DNA from: Synergistota bacterium
Lineage (GTDB): Bacteria; Synergistota; GBS-1
Assembly: GCA_025060595.1 (NCBI GenBank)
Contig: JANXBX010000001.1
Coordinates: 185,696 to 249,695 of the forward strand
Direction of reading: 5' to 3'
Length of the DNA stretch: 64,000 nt
The stretch's first letter is position 1, and the number at the start of each line of letters is the position of its first letter. A model generated the notes under the pieces. That model saw only the letters and a program-made list of their open reading frames with translations, was not told where the DNA came from and did no database searches. Of this stretch, positions 10,098-19,145 are shown one piece after another. A program made the translations under genes and the position numbers.

Positions 10098-10808
10098 TTA
10101 CTCTTCCCTTAAACCAAGTCTTTCCAAAACCTCGCGAAGATTGTTATACTCTACGCTTGATACCCCTGTCTTAAGAACCTCTCTCTTTTTATTCTCATCA
10201 GCCACTCTTTTTAATGCTTTCTCTAAAATAATCCCAGCCTCTTCTCTTTTTATCACTACAACCCCATCGTTATCTCCCAAAACTAAATCACCCGCATTAA
10301 CTACTACACCACCAATAGAAAGGGGATAATTTATCAACCCCAAGGCTTCCTTAGAAGTACCTCTAATAGAAAAACCTCTGCAAAAAATCGGAAAACCCAT
10401 ACTAACTATCTCTTCAGAGTCCCTAATGCAACCATCTATTACTAAACCTGCAATACCTTTCGCCATAGCCGAAACAGTCATTAGCTCTCCCCAATAACCA
10501 TATTCATAAGCACCACTAGTTACAGCAACAATGACATCTCCTTCCTCTGCAACTTCTAAAGCCTTATGAAGCATAAGATTATCACCAGGAGCGCATTGAA
10601 CAGTTATAGCAGAACCGCATAACTTCATTCCCCAATATATAGGTCTTATAAAATTAGAAACCGCACCTTTACGTCCAGCAGCTTCATACACGGTCGCTGA
10701 GGACAGAGATTTAAATGCACTTATGATCTCCTTCTCTGGTCGCCTAAAGCTTTTAATAACATGAATCAAGCCCACTACCCCCCATCTATCTAAGGTTAAC
10801 CTCCACAC
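10098..10808 (-). CDS. RraA-family protein (4-hydroxy-2-oxo-acid aldolase / oxaloacetate decarboxylase-like)
   Basis: LVIDGCIRD and TVYEAAGRKG motifs. The track start is GTG and overlaps the upstream gene; the TTG at 10769 preceded by GGGGGG is the likelier start. Confidence 0.75.
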   Translation of the reverse strand: MWRLTLDRWGVVGLIHVIKSFRRPEKEIISAFKSLSSATVYEAAGRKGAVSNFIRPIYWGMKLCGSAITVQCAPGDNLMLHKALEVAEEGDVIVAVTSGAYEYGYWGELMTVSAMAKGIAGLVIDGCIRDSEEIVSMGFPIFCRGFSIRGTSKEALGLINYPLSIGGVVVNAGDLVLGDNDGVVVIKREEAGIILEKALKRVADENKKREVLKTGVSSVEYNNLREVLERLGLREE

Positions 10809-11014
10809 ATAGCAACAAACAAATGAATTTCATCCCCATCATAAACCAAATCATTACTACCTATCCTAAAAGACCCTCTAACGAAAACTATATCTGCCAA
10901 CAGATCTTCCTTAATCCCGATTTTCTCGGCTACTTCCCTTAAAGGTAATGAACCATTTACAGACAATTCACAAGTAAATCTACTTAAAATACCATGTCCT
11001 ACTATTTTTACCAT
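10796..11014 (-). CDS. MoaD/ThiS-family ubiquitin-like sulfur-carrier protein (C-terminal Gly-Gly)
   Basis: MVKIVGHG...DGDEIHLFVAMCGG-stop is the beta-grasp pattern with a terminal GG. The track start (11110) is overcalled; the likely start is the ATG at 11014, giving 72 aa. Confidence 0.6.
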   Translation of the reverse strand: MVKIVGHGILSRFTCELSVNGSLPLREVAEKIGIKEDLLADIVFVRGSFRIGSNDLVYDGDEIHLFVAMCGG

Positions 11015-11168
11015 TCCCATCTTTCCATTTATATTGTAATTGCTTATTAGAAGAGATGTCAATTGGGTTTCTATCAATAAATAAAATATGCTTCCATATA
11101 GTGGAAGCACAAGAATAACCCTTATCCTACGAGGATTTTACTTAGAGGGATAATTTAGCAGTCCGATT

Positions 11169-11597
11169 TCATAAATTCGTGGAACTCTCAATAGGTTCTA
11201 CTACTCCCAAAAATATATGCTCTCTATCAAAACTCCCGTAGTAAGCATGAAGCACTGCTTTGTGAACCATTAGCTCCATAAAGTTTCCTTTCAATATTGC
11301 TGGATATGGAACTAGATCTTTAAATATAGGTTTTGTTATTTCAAGAGAAAGGCTCTTGGCCTTATTCACAATTTCTATCTCACTAACTAAGGCTTCGTCA
11401 CAATTTAATCCCATAGCCACTAACCTCTTAAGTAGCCCTTTAGAAAAAGCAATTATCAACTCCTTACCTCCCTTTAGTCCCATGAAAACAACCACTTCCG
11501 GTAAATTACAACTATAATCTTCATGAGTGCTTTCCACCTTTTCCCACAAAATTCCACCGAACTTTCTATCAATCTCTCCCTTAATTATTTCTATCAT
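11169..11597 (-). CDS. Hypothetical protein (142 aa)
   Basis: ORF with 17-nt overlap onto the recN stop; no recognisable motif. Confidence 0.4.
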   Translation of the reverse strand: MIEIIKGEIDRKFGGILWEKVESTHEDYSCNLPEVVVFMGLKGGKELIIAFSKGLLKRLVAMGLNCDEALVSEIEIVNKAKSLSLEITKPIFKDLVPYPAILKGNFMELMVHKAVLHAYYGSFDREHIFLGVVEPIESSTNL

Positions 11598-13233
11598 GGC
11601 TTACCTCCTCCAAAAGTTCTTTAGCATGCCTTAAGGCTACCTCAGATGTTCTTCCTGAAAGCATTCGCGCTATTTCCTTTAGCCTATCTTCCCCTCTAAG
11701 AAGCTTGACTTTACTTTTGACTCTACCTTCCTCCATAATCTTATCCACAAAATAGTGATAGTCTGCCTTTGAAGCTATGGAAGCAAGATGAGTAATACAT
11801 ATGACTTGTTTTTCCTTAGAAAGCTTTTTTATCTCCTCTCCTAGCATATTAGCTACATCCCCTCCAATCCCCACATCTATTTCATCGAATATAAGAGTTG
11901 GAACCCCATAGTTTTTAGAGATAGCACACTTTAATGCAAAGCTCAATCGAGAAATCTCTCCACCAGAAGCAATTTCACTAATCTTTCTAAGCTCATCTTT
12001 AGGGGAAGGGGCCATTAAAAACCTCACCGTGTCTAACCCCTCAGGTCCAAACTCCCCCTTAACCAAGTGGATCCTAAATACTATGTTACCCATGGCAAGC
12101 TTTTCTAGGATTCTCCTAACTTCCCCCTCAAGCAAGCTAGCACATCTCTTTCTTTCCTCAGATATCCTGTCTCCAAGAGAGTAAAGGATCTTGTGAAGCT
12201 CTTCCCTCCTTTTTTTAAGCACCTCTATTTTATCCTCTACGTCCCCTAGATCTTTCAAATTTTCCCTCCATCGAGAAGCAAGCTCGAGCAACTCCTCAAT
12301 CTCTCTAACACCATGCTTTTTCTTCAACCTTCTTATAAGAGAAAGTCTTTCCTCTATGGTCTCAATGTTTTCTTCCTCAAGATCTAAAAGTTCAAGTTTC
12401 CTAGATAGTATAGAGGAAAATTCCTTAAGAGAGAAAATAAACGCGTTAAACTCTTCAATAAATCGCGAAAGCTCCCTTTCGTACCTTGTTATTTTTTCGA
12501 GAAGCCTCTTAAGTTCACTAATCTTATCTAAAATCCCCTCGCTCCAACTTCCGCCTTCCAATAGATTTAAAGCCTCTTTAATTGAAACTTTAAGCTCTTC
12601 GATATTAAGCAGTCTATCCCTTTTTTCTAAAAGCTCCCTCTCCTCATCCACCTTAAGCGATGCCCTTTCTATCTCTTGGAGATAGAAAAATAATTCTTCC
12701 TTCCTTCTCTTAAGTTCATCCTTACTCTTTTCAAGCTCCCTTAAATCATCAACTAACGCAGTATACTCTTTATATAGTCTTTCATACTCCTCCAACAACC
12801 CCTTTATAGATTCCCCTCCATATCTATCAAGAGCTTTAAGCTGATTACTCTCCTTTAAAATCCAGCCATGTTCAAGTTGACTGTGAATTTCGAATAAGGA
12901 TGATCCTATCTCTTTCAAAAACCCAATAGGTACGCCTCTGCCTTGATAGAAGGCTTTACTCCTCCCTTCAGGGTATACTTCCCTTCTTAAAATTATCTCC
13001 TCTCCTTCTTCATCGAAAACAGCTTCAACCTCAGCCTTATCCGCTCCACTTCTTATCACTTCCTCCCCTACTCTTTTACCTAAAAGAAGAGATAAAGCTT
13101 CTACTATTATGGATTTACCAGCCCCTGTTTCTCCCGTTAAAACATTTAGACCAGGATGAAACTCCATCTCGAGTTCTTCAATTATAGCAAAGTTCCTTAT
13201 TCGAATTTCCTTAATCACCTGGTACCACTCCAA
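11581..13233 (-). CDS. recN: DNA repair protein RecN
   Basis: Walker A GETGAGKS, coiled-coil middle region and C-terminal SMC signature. Confidence 0.9.
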   Translation of the reverse strand: MEWYQVIKEIRIRNFAIIEELEMEFHPGLNVLTGETGAGKSIIVEALSLLLGKRVGEEVIRSGADKAEVEAVFDEEGEEIILRREVYPEGRSKAFYQGRGVPIGFLKEIGSSLFEIHSQLEHGWILKESNQLKALDRYGGESIKGLLEEYERLYKEYTALVDDLRELEKSKDELKRRKEELFFYLQEIERASLKVDEERELLEKRDRLLNIEELKVSIKEALNLLEGGSWSEGILDKISELKRLLEKITRYERELSRFIEEFNAFIFSLKEFSSILSRKLELLDLEEENIETIEERLSLIRRLKKKHGVREIEELLELASRWRENLKDLGDVEDKIEVLKKRREELHKILYSLGDRISEERKRCASLLEGEVRRILEKLAMGNIVFRIHLVKGEFGPEGLDTVRFLMAPSPKDELRKISEIASGGEISRLSFALKCAISKNYGVPTLIFDEIDVGIGGDVANMLGEEIKKLSKEKQVICITHLASIASKADYHYFVDKIMEEGRVKSKVKLLRGEDRLKEIARMLSGRTSEVALRHAKELLEEVSHDRNN

Positions 13234-13996
13234 GCTTAAGTTTCTTTCTTAAAAGCTCAAAAAAGCTCCTTCCTTTAAAGGTTATCATTCTAGCAAAAAA
13301 TGGCGCCTTTTTTATAAATACCTCATCCCCTGGAAGAACCCTGAATCCTATTTGTCCATCTTGCGTAAGCATTATATCTTCGTGATCCGCTTCTACAATT
13401 ATTCTAACAGAAGATTGCAAAGGTATTATAATCGGCCTTGCATAAAAAGTATGAGCACATATAGGAGTTAAAACCATACCGGGAAGAGCAGGGTGAAGAA
13501 TTGGACCACCTGCTGAAAGAGAATAGGCTGTAGAACCCGTAGGAGTGGATATGATTAAACCATCAGCAGGATAAGAGGCAAAATACTCTTCATCTATGAA
13601 AACCCTAAGATTAATCAACCTAGCGAATGCCCCCTTCATAATCACAAACTCATTCAAAGCATAGAAAACCTCTCCCTTAAAGCTAGCCTCAAGCATCATT
13701 CTTTCATCTATTTCAAACTTGCCCTCTAAAACTTTAGACAAAGCTATCTCTAGGGTCGAAACGCTTTCTGAAACCAGAAAGCCAAGCCTACCCACATTTA
13801 TACCTAACATTAAAACACCATAAGGAGCAAGAAGCCTTGCAGCCTTAAGAAAGGTTCCATCCCCCCCCACGATAAGCGCCACCTTAACCGCTTTAGCAAA
13901 CTCATAATCATCTAAGGCAAGCTCTTCCCTTTTAAGGAAAACCCCTCCTTCTCTGGTTAAAAAGACCCTAATTCCTTTATCATTAAGCCAAGACAA
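13211..13996 (-). CDS. nadK: NAD kinase
   Basis: GGDGT motif; 261 aa. Confidence 0.85.
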   Translation of the reverse strand: MSWLNDKGIRVFLTREGGVFLKREELALDDYEFAKAVKVALIVGGDGTFLKAARLLAPYGVLMLGINVGRLGFLVSESVSTLEIALSKVLEGKFEIDERMMLEASFKGEVFYALNEFVIMKGAFARLINLRVFIDEEYFASYPADGLIISTPTGSTAYSLSAGGPILHPALPGMVLTPICAHTFYARPIIIPLQSSVRIIVEADHEDIMLTQDGQIGFRVLPGDEVFIKKAPFFARMITFKGRSFFELLRKKLKLGVVPGD

Positions 13997-14046
13997 TATT
14001 CCATAAGCTATCTCTCTTGCAGGCTCTCCCTTTTGAGGATTTACTA

Positions 14047-14895
14047 CTAATCCCCAAGAACAGCGTGAGCAGACTCCACTACTGATAGTACCATCTCCTT
14101 TCTAAAACAATTCTCTTTTTCCTTAAAACCTATATATAAAAGAAATTCTATATTGCCTTCAGGACCTTTTATAGGAGAATAGGTCAAACCCAAAGGGTAA
14201 AAACCTAACTTTTCTTTGACAAAGCTGATTATATCCTCAATGACATTTAAGTGAATCTTTTTATCTTTTACCACGCCACCCTTAACATTCTCACGCCCTG
14301 CCTCAAACTGAGGCTTTACAAGTACAATACCCTCACCACAGCTTTCTTTAAGCACACCCTTAACAGCTGGTAAAACCTTCTTAACAGATATAAAGGAAAG
14401 ATCCATAGCAAAAAAGTCTACATCCTCAGGAACCACTTCCTTATTTAGATACCTCGCATTAAAACGCTCTATTAAAACAACCCTAGGATCATTCCTCAAG
14501 CTCCAGTGAAATTGCCCGTAACCAACATCCACAGCATAGACTTTAAAGGCACCCTCTCTAAGCATACAATCGGTAAAGCCCCCTGTTGAGGCTCCTACGT
14601 CCAAGCAAACTTTTCCTAAAAGAGATATTTTAAATTCGTCTATAGCTTTTTTAAGCTTTAACCCTCCCCTGCTAACATAAGGACAGGCATTTCCTCTTAT
14701 TTCTATGTCTGCATTCTCTGGAACTTTCTCACTTGCCTTGTTCACCCTTTTACCATTAACGAAGACCAAACCCGCCATAATAGCTCTCTGCGCTTTCTCT
14801 CTACTTTCAAAAAATCCTCTTAAGACTAGAAGGTTATCTATTCTTTCCTTTTTGAACCCAGAAAAGTTCTCCAAGGAGCTCCCCTCTCTCCCCAT
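14047..14895 (-). CDS. tlyA: TlyA-family rRNA 2'-O-methyltransferase (S4 + FtsJ domains)
   Basis: KKERIDNLLVLRGFFESREKA S4-like N-terminus and FtsJ methyltransferase core. The start is uncertain (ATG 14895 or TTG 14874) and overlaps the dxs 3' end. Confidence 0.8.
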   Translation of the reverse strand: MGREGSSLENFSGFKKERIDNLLVLRGFFESREKAQRAIMAGLVFVNGKRVNKASEKVPENADIEIRGNACPYVSRGGLKLKKAIDEFKISLLGKVCLDVGASTGGFTDCMLREGAFKVYAVDVGYGQFHWSLRNDPRVVLIERFNARYLNKEVVPEDVDFFAMDLSFISVKKVLPAVKGVLKESCGEGIVLVKPQFEAGRENVKGGVVKDKKIHLNVIEDIISFVKEKLGFYPLGLTYSPIKGPEGNIEFLLYIGFKEKENCFRKEMVLSVVESAHAVLGD

Positions 14896-16624
14896 GTTCT
14901 ATAAACCTATCTGGAATAGCAAATATATTAAACTCCTTAGGGAAAATACCTTGAGAAATAAGGAGAGAACCGATTTCCTCTCCAACCCCACCGATTCTGG
15001 CTCCCTCTTCAAAAACGCAAATCTTATCGAACTTAAGAGCGTTTTCAACTATCGCTTTTGTATCTAGAGGCTTTGCAAAGGCTAAATCTATAACCTTAAA
15101 ACCAGTAAGCCCCAAAGCAAACTCATGTGTAGGTCCTAATGAAAAGGCAACCCCTTCGCTACCATCTCTTATAACTTGGGATTTACCTATTTCCACAGAA
15201 CCAGGGGGTTTTTCCCATTCAGGCAAAACCTTGGTATAGCCCCTTGGATATCTAATTACAACAGGACAATCTAAATTTAAGGCCATGTGAAACATGTCTC
15301 TCAAGGAAACTCCATCCCTAGGACAACCTATGATAAGATTGGGAATGCAACGCAAAAACACTAAATCAAAGACACCATGATGGGTTGGGCCATCATCTCC
15401 AACAATCCCTCCTCTATCTACAGCTATAATTACAGGAAGCTTCTGAAGAGCTATATCATGTATTAACTGGTCGTAAGCTCTTTGCAGAAAAGTAGAATAT
15501 ATAGCCACAATAGGCTTTAATCCCCCACGGGCAAGTCCAGCTGCAAGGCCAAGCATATGCTGTTCAGCTATACCCACATCTATAAAACGAGAGGGATATC
15601 TTTTCGCAAACTCATCAAGACCGGTTCCCTTTTTCATAGCAGCAGTTAGACAAACCACCCTTTCATCCTTAGAAGCAAGCTCTAAAACAACTTTACCGAA
15701 TATAGAACTGTAAGATTCTCCTTCTTCCTTTTTAACTATCTTAAATGCTGGAGCTCCATGAAAAGTCTCCGGATCCTTTTCAGCAGGAGAGTAGCCTTTA
15801 CCCTTTTTAGTCAGAACATGGATAACAACTGGCTTATCAACCTCCTTAGCATTTCTAAAGACACGCTCCATAAGTTCTATATCATGTCCATCAATAGGCC
15901 CCCAGTGGATCAAACCAAGCTCCTCGAAAATCGAACCTTTTATCAAAAACTTTCTAAATCTTCCTTTTAAATCTTCAAGAAACTCCTCGAGCCCCCTACC
16001 TAAAGGTAAATTTCTAACAAAAGAACGAACCCTCTTTTTGAATCCGAGCCAGCCGCGTCTTAATCTTAATCGAGCAAGGTGAGAGGCAATGGCACCAACT
16101 CTTGGACCTATAGCCATTTCATTATCATTTAGGATTATAATTAGCTTTCTTTTAAGCACACCTATGTGATTTAAAGCCTCAAGAGCCATGCCAGACATTA
16201 GAGAACCATCTCCTATAATTGCAACTACATCGCTTTTCCCTGAAAGTACCAACCCTAAAGCCCAAGACAAGGAAGTACCACTATGACCGACTATAAACCT
16301 ATCAGCAAGGCTTTCATTAGGATTAGGAAAACCACTCAGTCCCCCACGTTTTCTTATAGTATTAAAAAGGGCTTTCCTTCCAGTTAAAATCTTAAAAGGA
16401 TAACACTGATGCCCCACATCCCAAATTATGTAATCCTTAAAAGGGTCCCAAACCCTTAAAAGAGCTATAGTTAGCTCTACTACACCCAAATTTGAAGCCA
16501 GGTGCCCCCCGTTATTGCCTACCACATCAACTATCTTTTCCCTAATTTCTGAAGCAAGAAGCTTAAGCTCATTAAGGGAAAGCTTTCTAAGGTCTTCTAT
16601 ATTCTCTATCTTCTCAAGAATCAA
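14834..16624 (-). CDS. dxs: 1-deoxy-D-xylulose-5-phosphate synthase
   Basis: Transketolase-like TPP-binding motifs; 596 aa. Confidence 0.95.
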   Translation of the reverse strand: MILEKIENIEDLRKLSLNELKLLASEIREKIVDVVGNNGGHLASNLGVVELTIALLRVWDPFKDYIIWDVGHQCYPFKILTGRKALFNTIRKRGGLSGFPNPNESLADRFIVGHSGTSLSWALGLVLSGKSDVVAIIGDGSLMSGMALEALNHIGVLKRKLIIILNDNEMAIGPRVGAIASHLARLRLRRGWLGFKKRVRSFVRNLPLGRGLEEFLEDLKGRFRKFLIKGSIFEELGLIHWGPIDGHDIELMERVFRNAKEVDKPVVIHVLTKKGKGYSPAEKDPETFHGAPAFKIVKKEEGESYSSIFGKVVLELASKDERVVCLTAAMKKGTGLDEFAKRYPSRFIDVGIAEQHMLGLAAGLARGGLKPIVAIYSTFLQRAYDQLIHDIALQKLPVIIAVDRGGIVGDDGPTHHGVFDLVFLRCIPNLIIGCPRDGVSLRDMFHMALNLDCPVVIRYPRGYTKVLPEWEKPPGSVEIGKSQVIRDGSEGVAFSLGPTHEFALGLTGFKVIDLAFAKPLDTKAIVENALKFDKICVFEEGARIGGVGEEIGSLLISQGIFPKEFNIFAIPDRFIEHGERGELLGELFWVQKGKNR

Positions 16625-17433
16625 GCTTCTTCAAGCCTCCTCAAAACCATTAAAGCCAACTCCTTTAAATCCTCTCCCTTCTCACCAAACATGGAAGCTA
16701 AAAGCAGAGCTTCTTCAATAAGACGCTTAGCCTCTTCCCTTGACTTCTCCAAGCCATAAACACCAGGGTAGGTTAGTCTCTCCTCTTTACCAAAATCCAA
16801 AATATCATCTACTATTTGAAAGGCAATTCCCAATCTCTCCCCGTATTCGGTTAGGACATGAAGCTCATTATAAGAAGCCCCGCCTACTATTCCACCACAT
16901 CTAACGGAAGCTCTTATAAGGGCCATGGTCTTCTTGGAATGAATCTCCTCTATTTTGCCATCAGTTATATCAAGGAGCTGCCCCCCAACCATTCCTGATG
17001 GACCAGCCGCATAGGCTATCTCAAAAAGCACTCTTTTGAGAACTTCCCCATTTAGCTCCTTCCCAAGCACCTCAAAAGCATAAGTTAAGAGGGCATCTCC
17101 CGCAAGTAAAGCTACAGCACATCCAAACTTTTTGTGTGAAGACAGTTTGCCTCGACGAAAGTCATCATTATCCATACAGGGAAGATCATCATGAATCAAA
17201 GAATAATTGTGAATAAGCTCTATAGCACAAGCTATAGGGAGAGCTTGAGTTAGATTCCCGCCTACAGCCTCACAAGAGGATAAAACCAAAAGCGGTCTAA
17301 ATCTTTTACCCCCAGGGAAAAGAGAATACTCTATTGCCTCTTTAAGAAGAAGCGGAGCCTCCCTAAGTTCCATACACTTTTTTAAAGCGTCTTCTATAAG
17401 CTTGACTTTGTTATTCAGGGACAAATTCTTCAC
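16621..17433 (-). CDS. ispA: Polyprenyl (farnesyl/geranylgeranyl) diphosphate synthase
   Basis: LIHDDLPCMDNDDFRRGK and second DD motif region. Confidence 0.9.
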   Translation of the reverse strand: MKNLSLNNKVKLIEDALKKCMELREAPLLLKEAIEYSLFPGGKRFRPLLVLSSCEAVGGNLTQALPIACAIELIHNYSLIHDDLPCMDNDDFRRGKLSSHKKFGCAVALLAGDALLTYAFEVLGKELNGEVLKRVLFEIAYAAGPSGMVGGQLLDITDGKIEEIHSKKTMALIRASVRCGGIVGGASYNELHVLTEYGERLGIAFQIVDDILDFGKEERLTYPGVYGLEKSREEAKRLIEEALLLASMFGEKGEDLKELALMVLRRLEEA

Positions 17434-17509
17434 TCCTCTCTTTTCATCTATTATGATTATATCAGCTTATGCTATACTTCTAAAAGAAGAAGGAAAGGAG
17501 GAAGAAACC

Positions 17510-18298
17510 ATGAGAGTTAAAAGTATAGTATTTATAATTATTTTACTACTAATAGCAGGCCTAGTAAAAGCAGAGGAAAACCCATTTCTTAGAGATGCAA
17601 AAATTAAGCTTGCTAACGCTAAGAGGATAGTTATCATACCCTTTTCCACCACTTCCCAAGACCCTATGGGAATAGAAAATAGAAGGCTCCTCTTTGCCAT
17701 CAGACAAGGATTTGAATGTATGGGAAAACTTGTAATACCTGAAGAAGACGTTTGGGCTCTCCTTAAGGAAAAAAAGCTAATAGAAAGGGAAAACGAACAA
17801 GCCAAAAAACTTAAAGAGCAATTAAGAATCTATGGGTTTAGTAAGGAAATCCAGGATTACCTGAAAGAAATTGACCCTCAATTTTTAAGCGAGCCCTTTA
17901 TGCTTTCTCTAACAGAAGAACAGGTCAAAGAGATAGCTAAAAGGTTCAACGCCGACATAATAGTAAGAGGTTGCATCGTTGATTACGGGGTCATGGATGT
18001 TTCTAGCGGTAGTCCTCTAAGCAATCTTATAGGAGGAGTAGCCCCATTCATAACAGCTCAAAGAATAGGTATAGCTATAGCTGCCGGTAGCTACATTCCT
18101 TCCGTAGACAAACAGGGAGTAATACAGATGACTATATACCTTCACGATGGAATAAATGGAAGACTCCTTTATGGAAAATCCCTCTTTTCAACATACAAAC
18201 CTCTCTTCTCTAACCTTGAGACAAAATTTGTTCTTCTTAGAGGAGCATTAAAGAGGGCCTTGGATACCTTTTTTAACGAGCTTTCTATAAATAACTAA
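17510..18298 (+). CDS. Exported hypothetical protein with CsgG/LpoB-like fold signature
   Basis: Signal peptide MRVKSIVFIIILLLIAGLVKA after RBS AGGAAAGGAGGAAG. Has an RIVIIPF...ADIIVRGCIVDYG...GxxG-rich segment like the CsgG-like domains at 38.6-42.4 kb. The track start (17402) is overcalled. Confidence 0.5.
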   Translation: MRVKSIVFIIILLLIAGLVKAEENPFLRDAKIKLANAKRIVIIPFSTTSQDPMGIENRRLLFAIRQGFECMGKLVIPEEDVWALLKEKKLIERENEQAKKLKEQLRIYGFSKEIQDYLKEIDPQFLSEPFMLSLTEEQVKEIAKRFNADIIVRGCIVDYGVMDVSSGSPLSNLIGGVAPFITAQRIGIAIAAGSYIPSVDKQGVIQMTIYLHDGINGRLLYGKSLFSTYKPLFSNLETKFVLLRGALKRALDTFFNELSINN

Positions 18299-19089
18299 GG
18301 CTTATTAACCTCCTTCCAAGCTTTATAAAGTTTTTTATCATAAAAATTAGGAAAAAGCGCTCTTAAGAACAAAAAAATCCTGTAGCGTCGAGGCCAAATA
18401 AGTACTCTTTTTCTCTTTAAATAAGCCTTATAAACAGCTTCAGCAAAAAGAGAGGGATCCTCTCTTTTACCTATAGGTGGATGCTTTAGACTCCCTAAAG
18501 TTTTTTCAGTAAAGTCGGTTTTAATCCTTCCTGCTTCCACATTAAGAACATTTATATCCCTTTCTACTAGCTCAGCTCTCAAACTCTCCATGATAGAGCT
18601 TAAGGCAGCTTTACTTGCACCATAACCTCCCATAAAAGGAACAGGAAGACGAGCTGTTATAGAGGAGATATTTATTATAGTACCTCCCCTTACCATGTAC
18701 TTTAAGGCTTCCTTAGTTAATCTAAAAGGAGAAAAGAAGTTAACTTCAAAAACTTGTCGCAAATCTTTCTCCTCCATAGAGCTAAAACTCTCGTAAATTC
18801 CAAGACCTGCTGCATTTATAAGTAAATCTATCTTACCAAAAATATCCAAGGCTCTTTCAACTATTTCCTTTTCATTACCTATTAAAGCATCATAAAAACA
18901 ACACTCTACCTTAACTTCAGAAAGCTCCTCTTTAAGGGAAAGAAGCTTCTCTTCAGATCTTCCACATAGAAGAAGAGAAAATCCTCCTTTTCCAAATTTT
19001 AAACTTAATGCTTTTCCTATTCCACCAGTAGCACCCGTTATGATACAAACCCTTAGATCTCTTGTACTCATCAATATAAAGTATACCAC
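18295..19089 (-). CDS. SDR-family NAD(P)-dependent oxidoreductase
   Basis: TGATGGIG and YGASK motifs. The start may be the ATG at 19071. Confidence 0.85.
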   Translation of the reverse strand: MVYFILMSTRDLRVCIITGATGGIGKALSLKFGKGGFSLLLCGRSEEKLLSLKEELSEVKVECCFYDALIGNEKEIVERALDIFGKIDLLINAAGLGIYESFSSMEEKDLRQVFEVNFFSPFRLTKEALKYMVRGGTIINISSITARLPVPFMGGYGASKAALSSIMESLRAELVERDINVLNVEAGRIKTDFTEKTLGSLKHPPIGKREDPSLFAEAVYKAYLKRKRVLIWPRRYRIFLFLRALFPNFYDKKLYKAWKEVNKP

Positions 19090-19145
19090 TTAATCAAGAA
19101 CCTAAACATAGTTTAAAAACGATAAATAAGTGTTATAATAACCTT

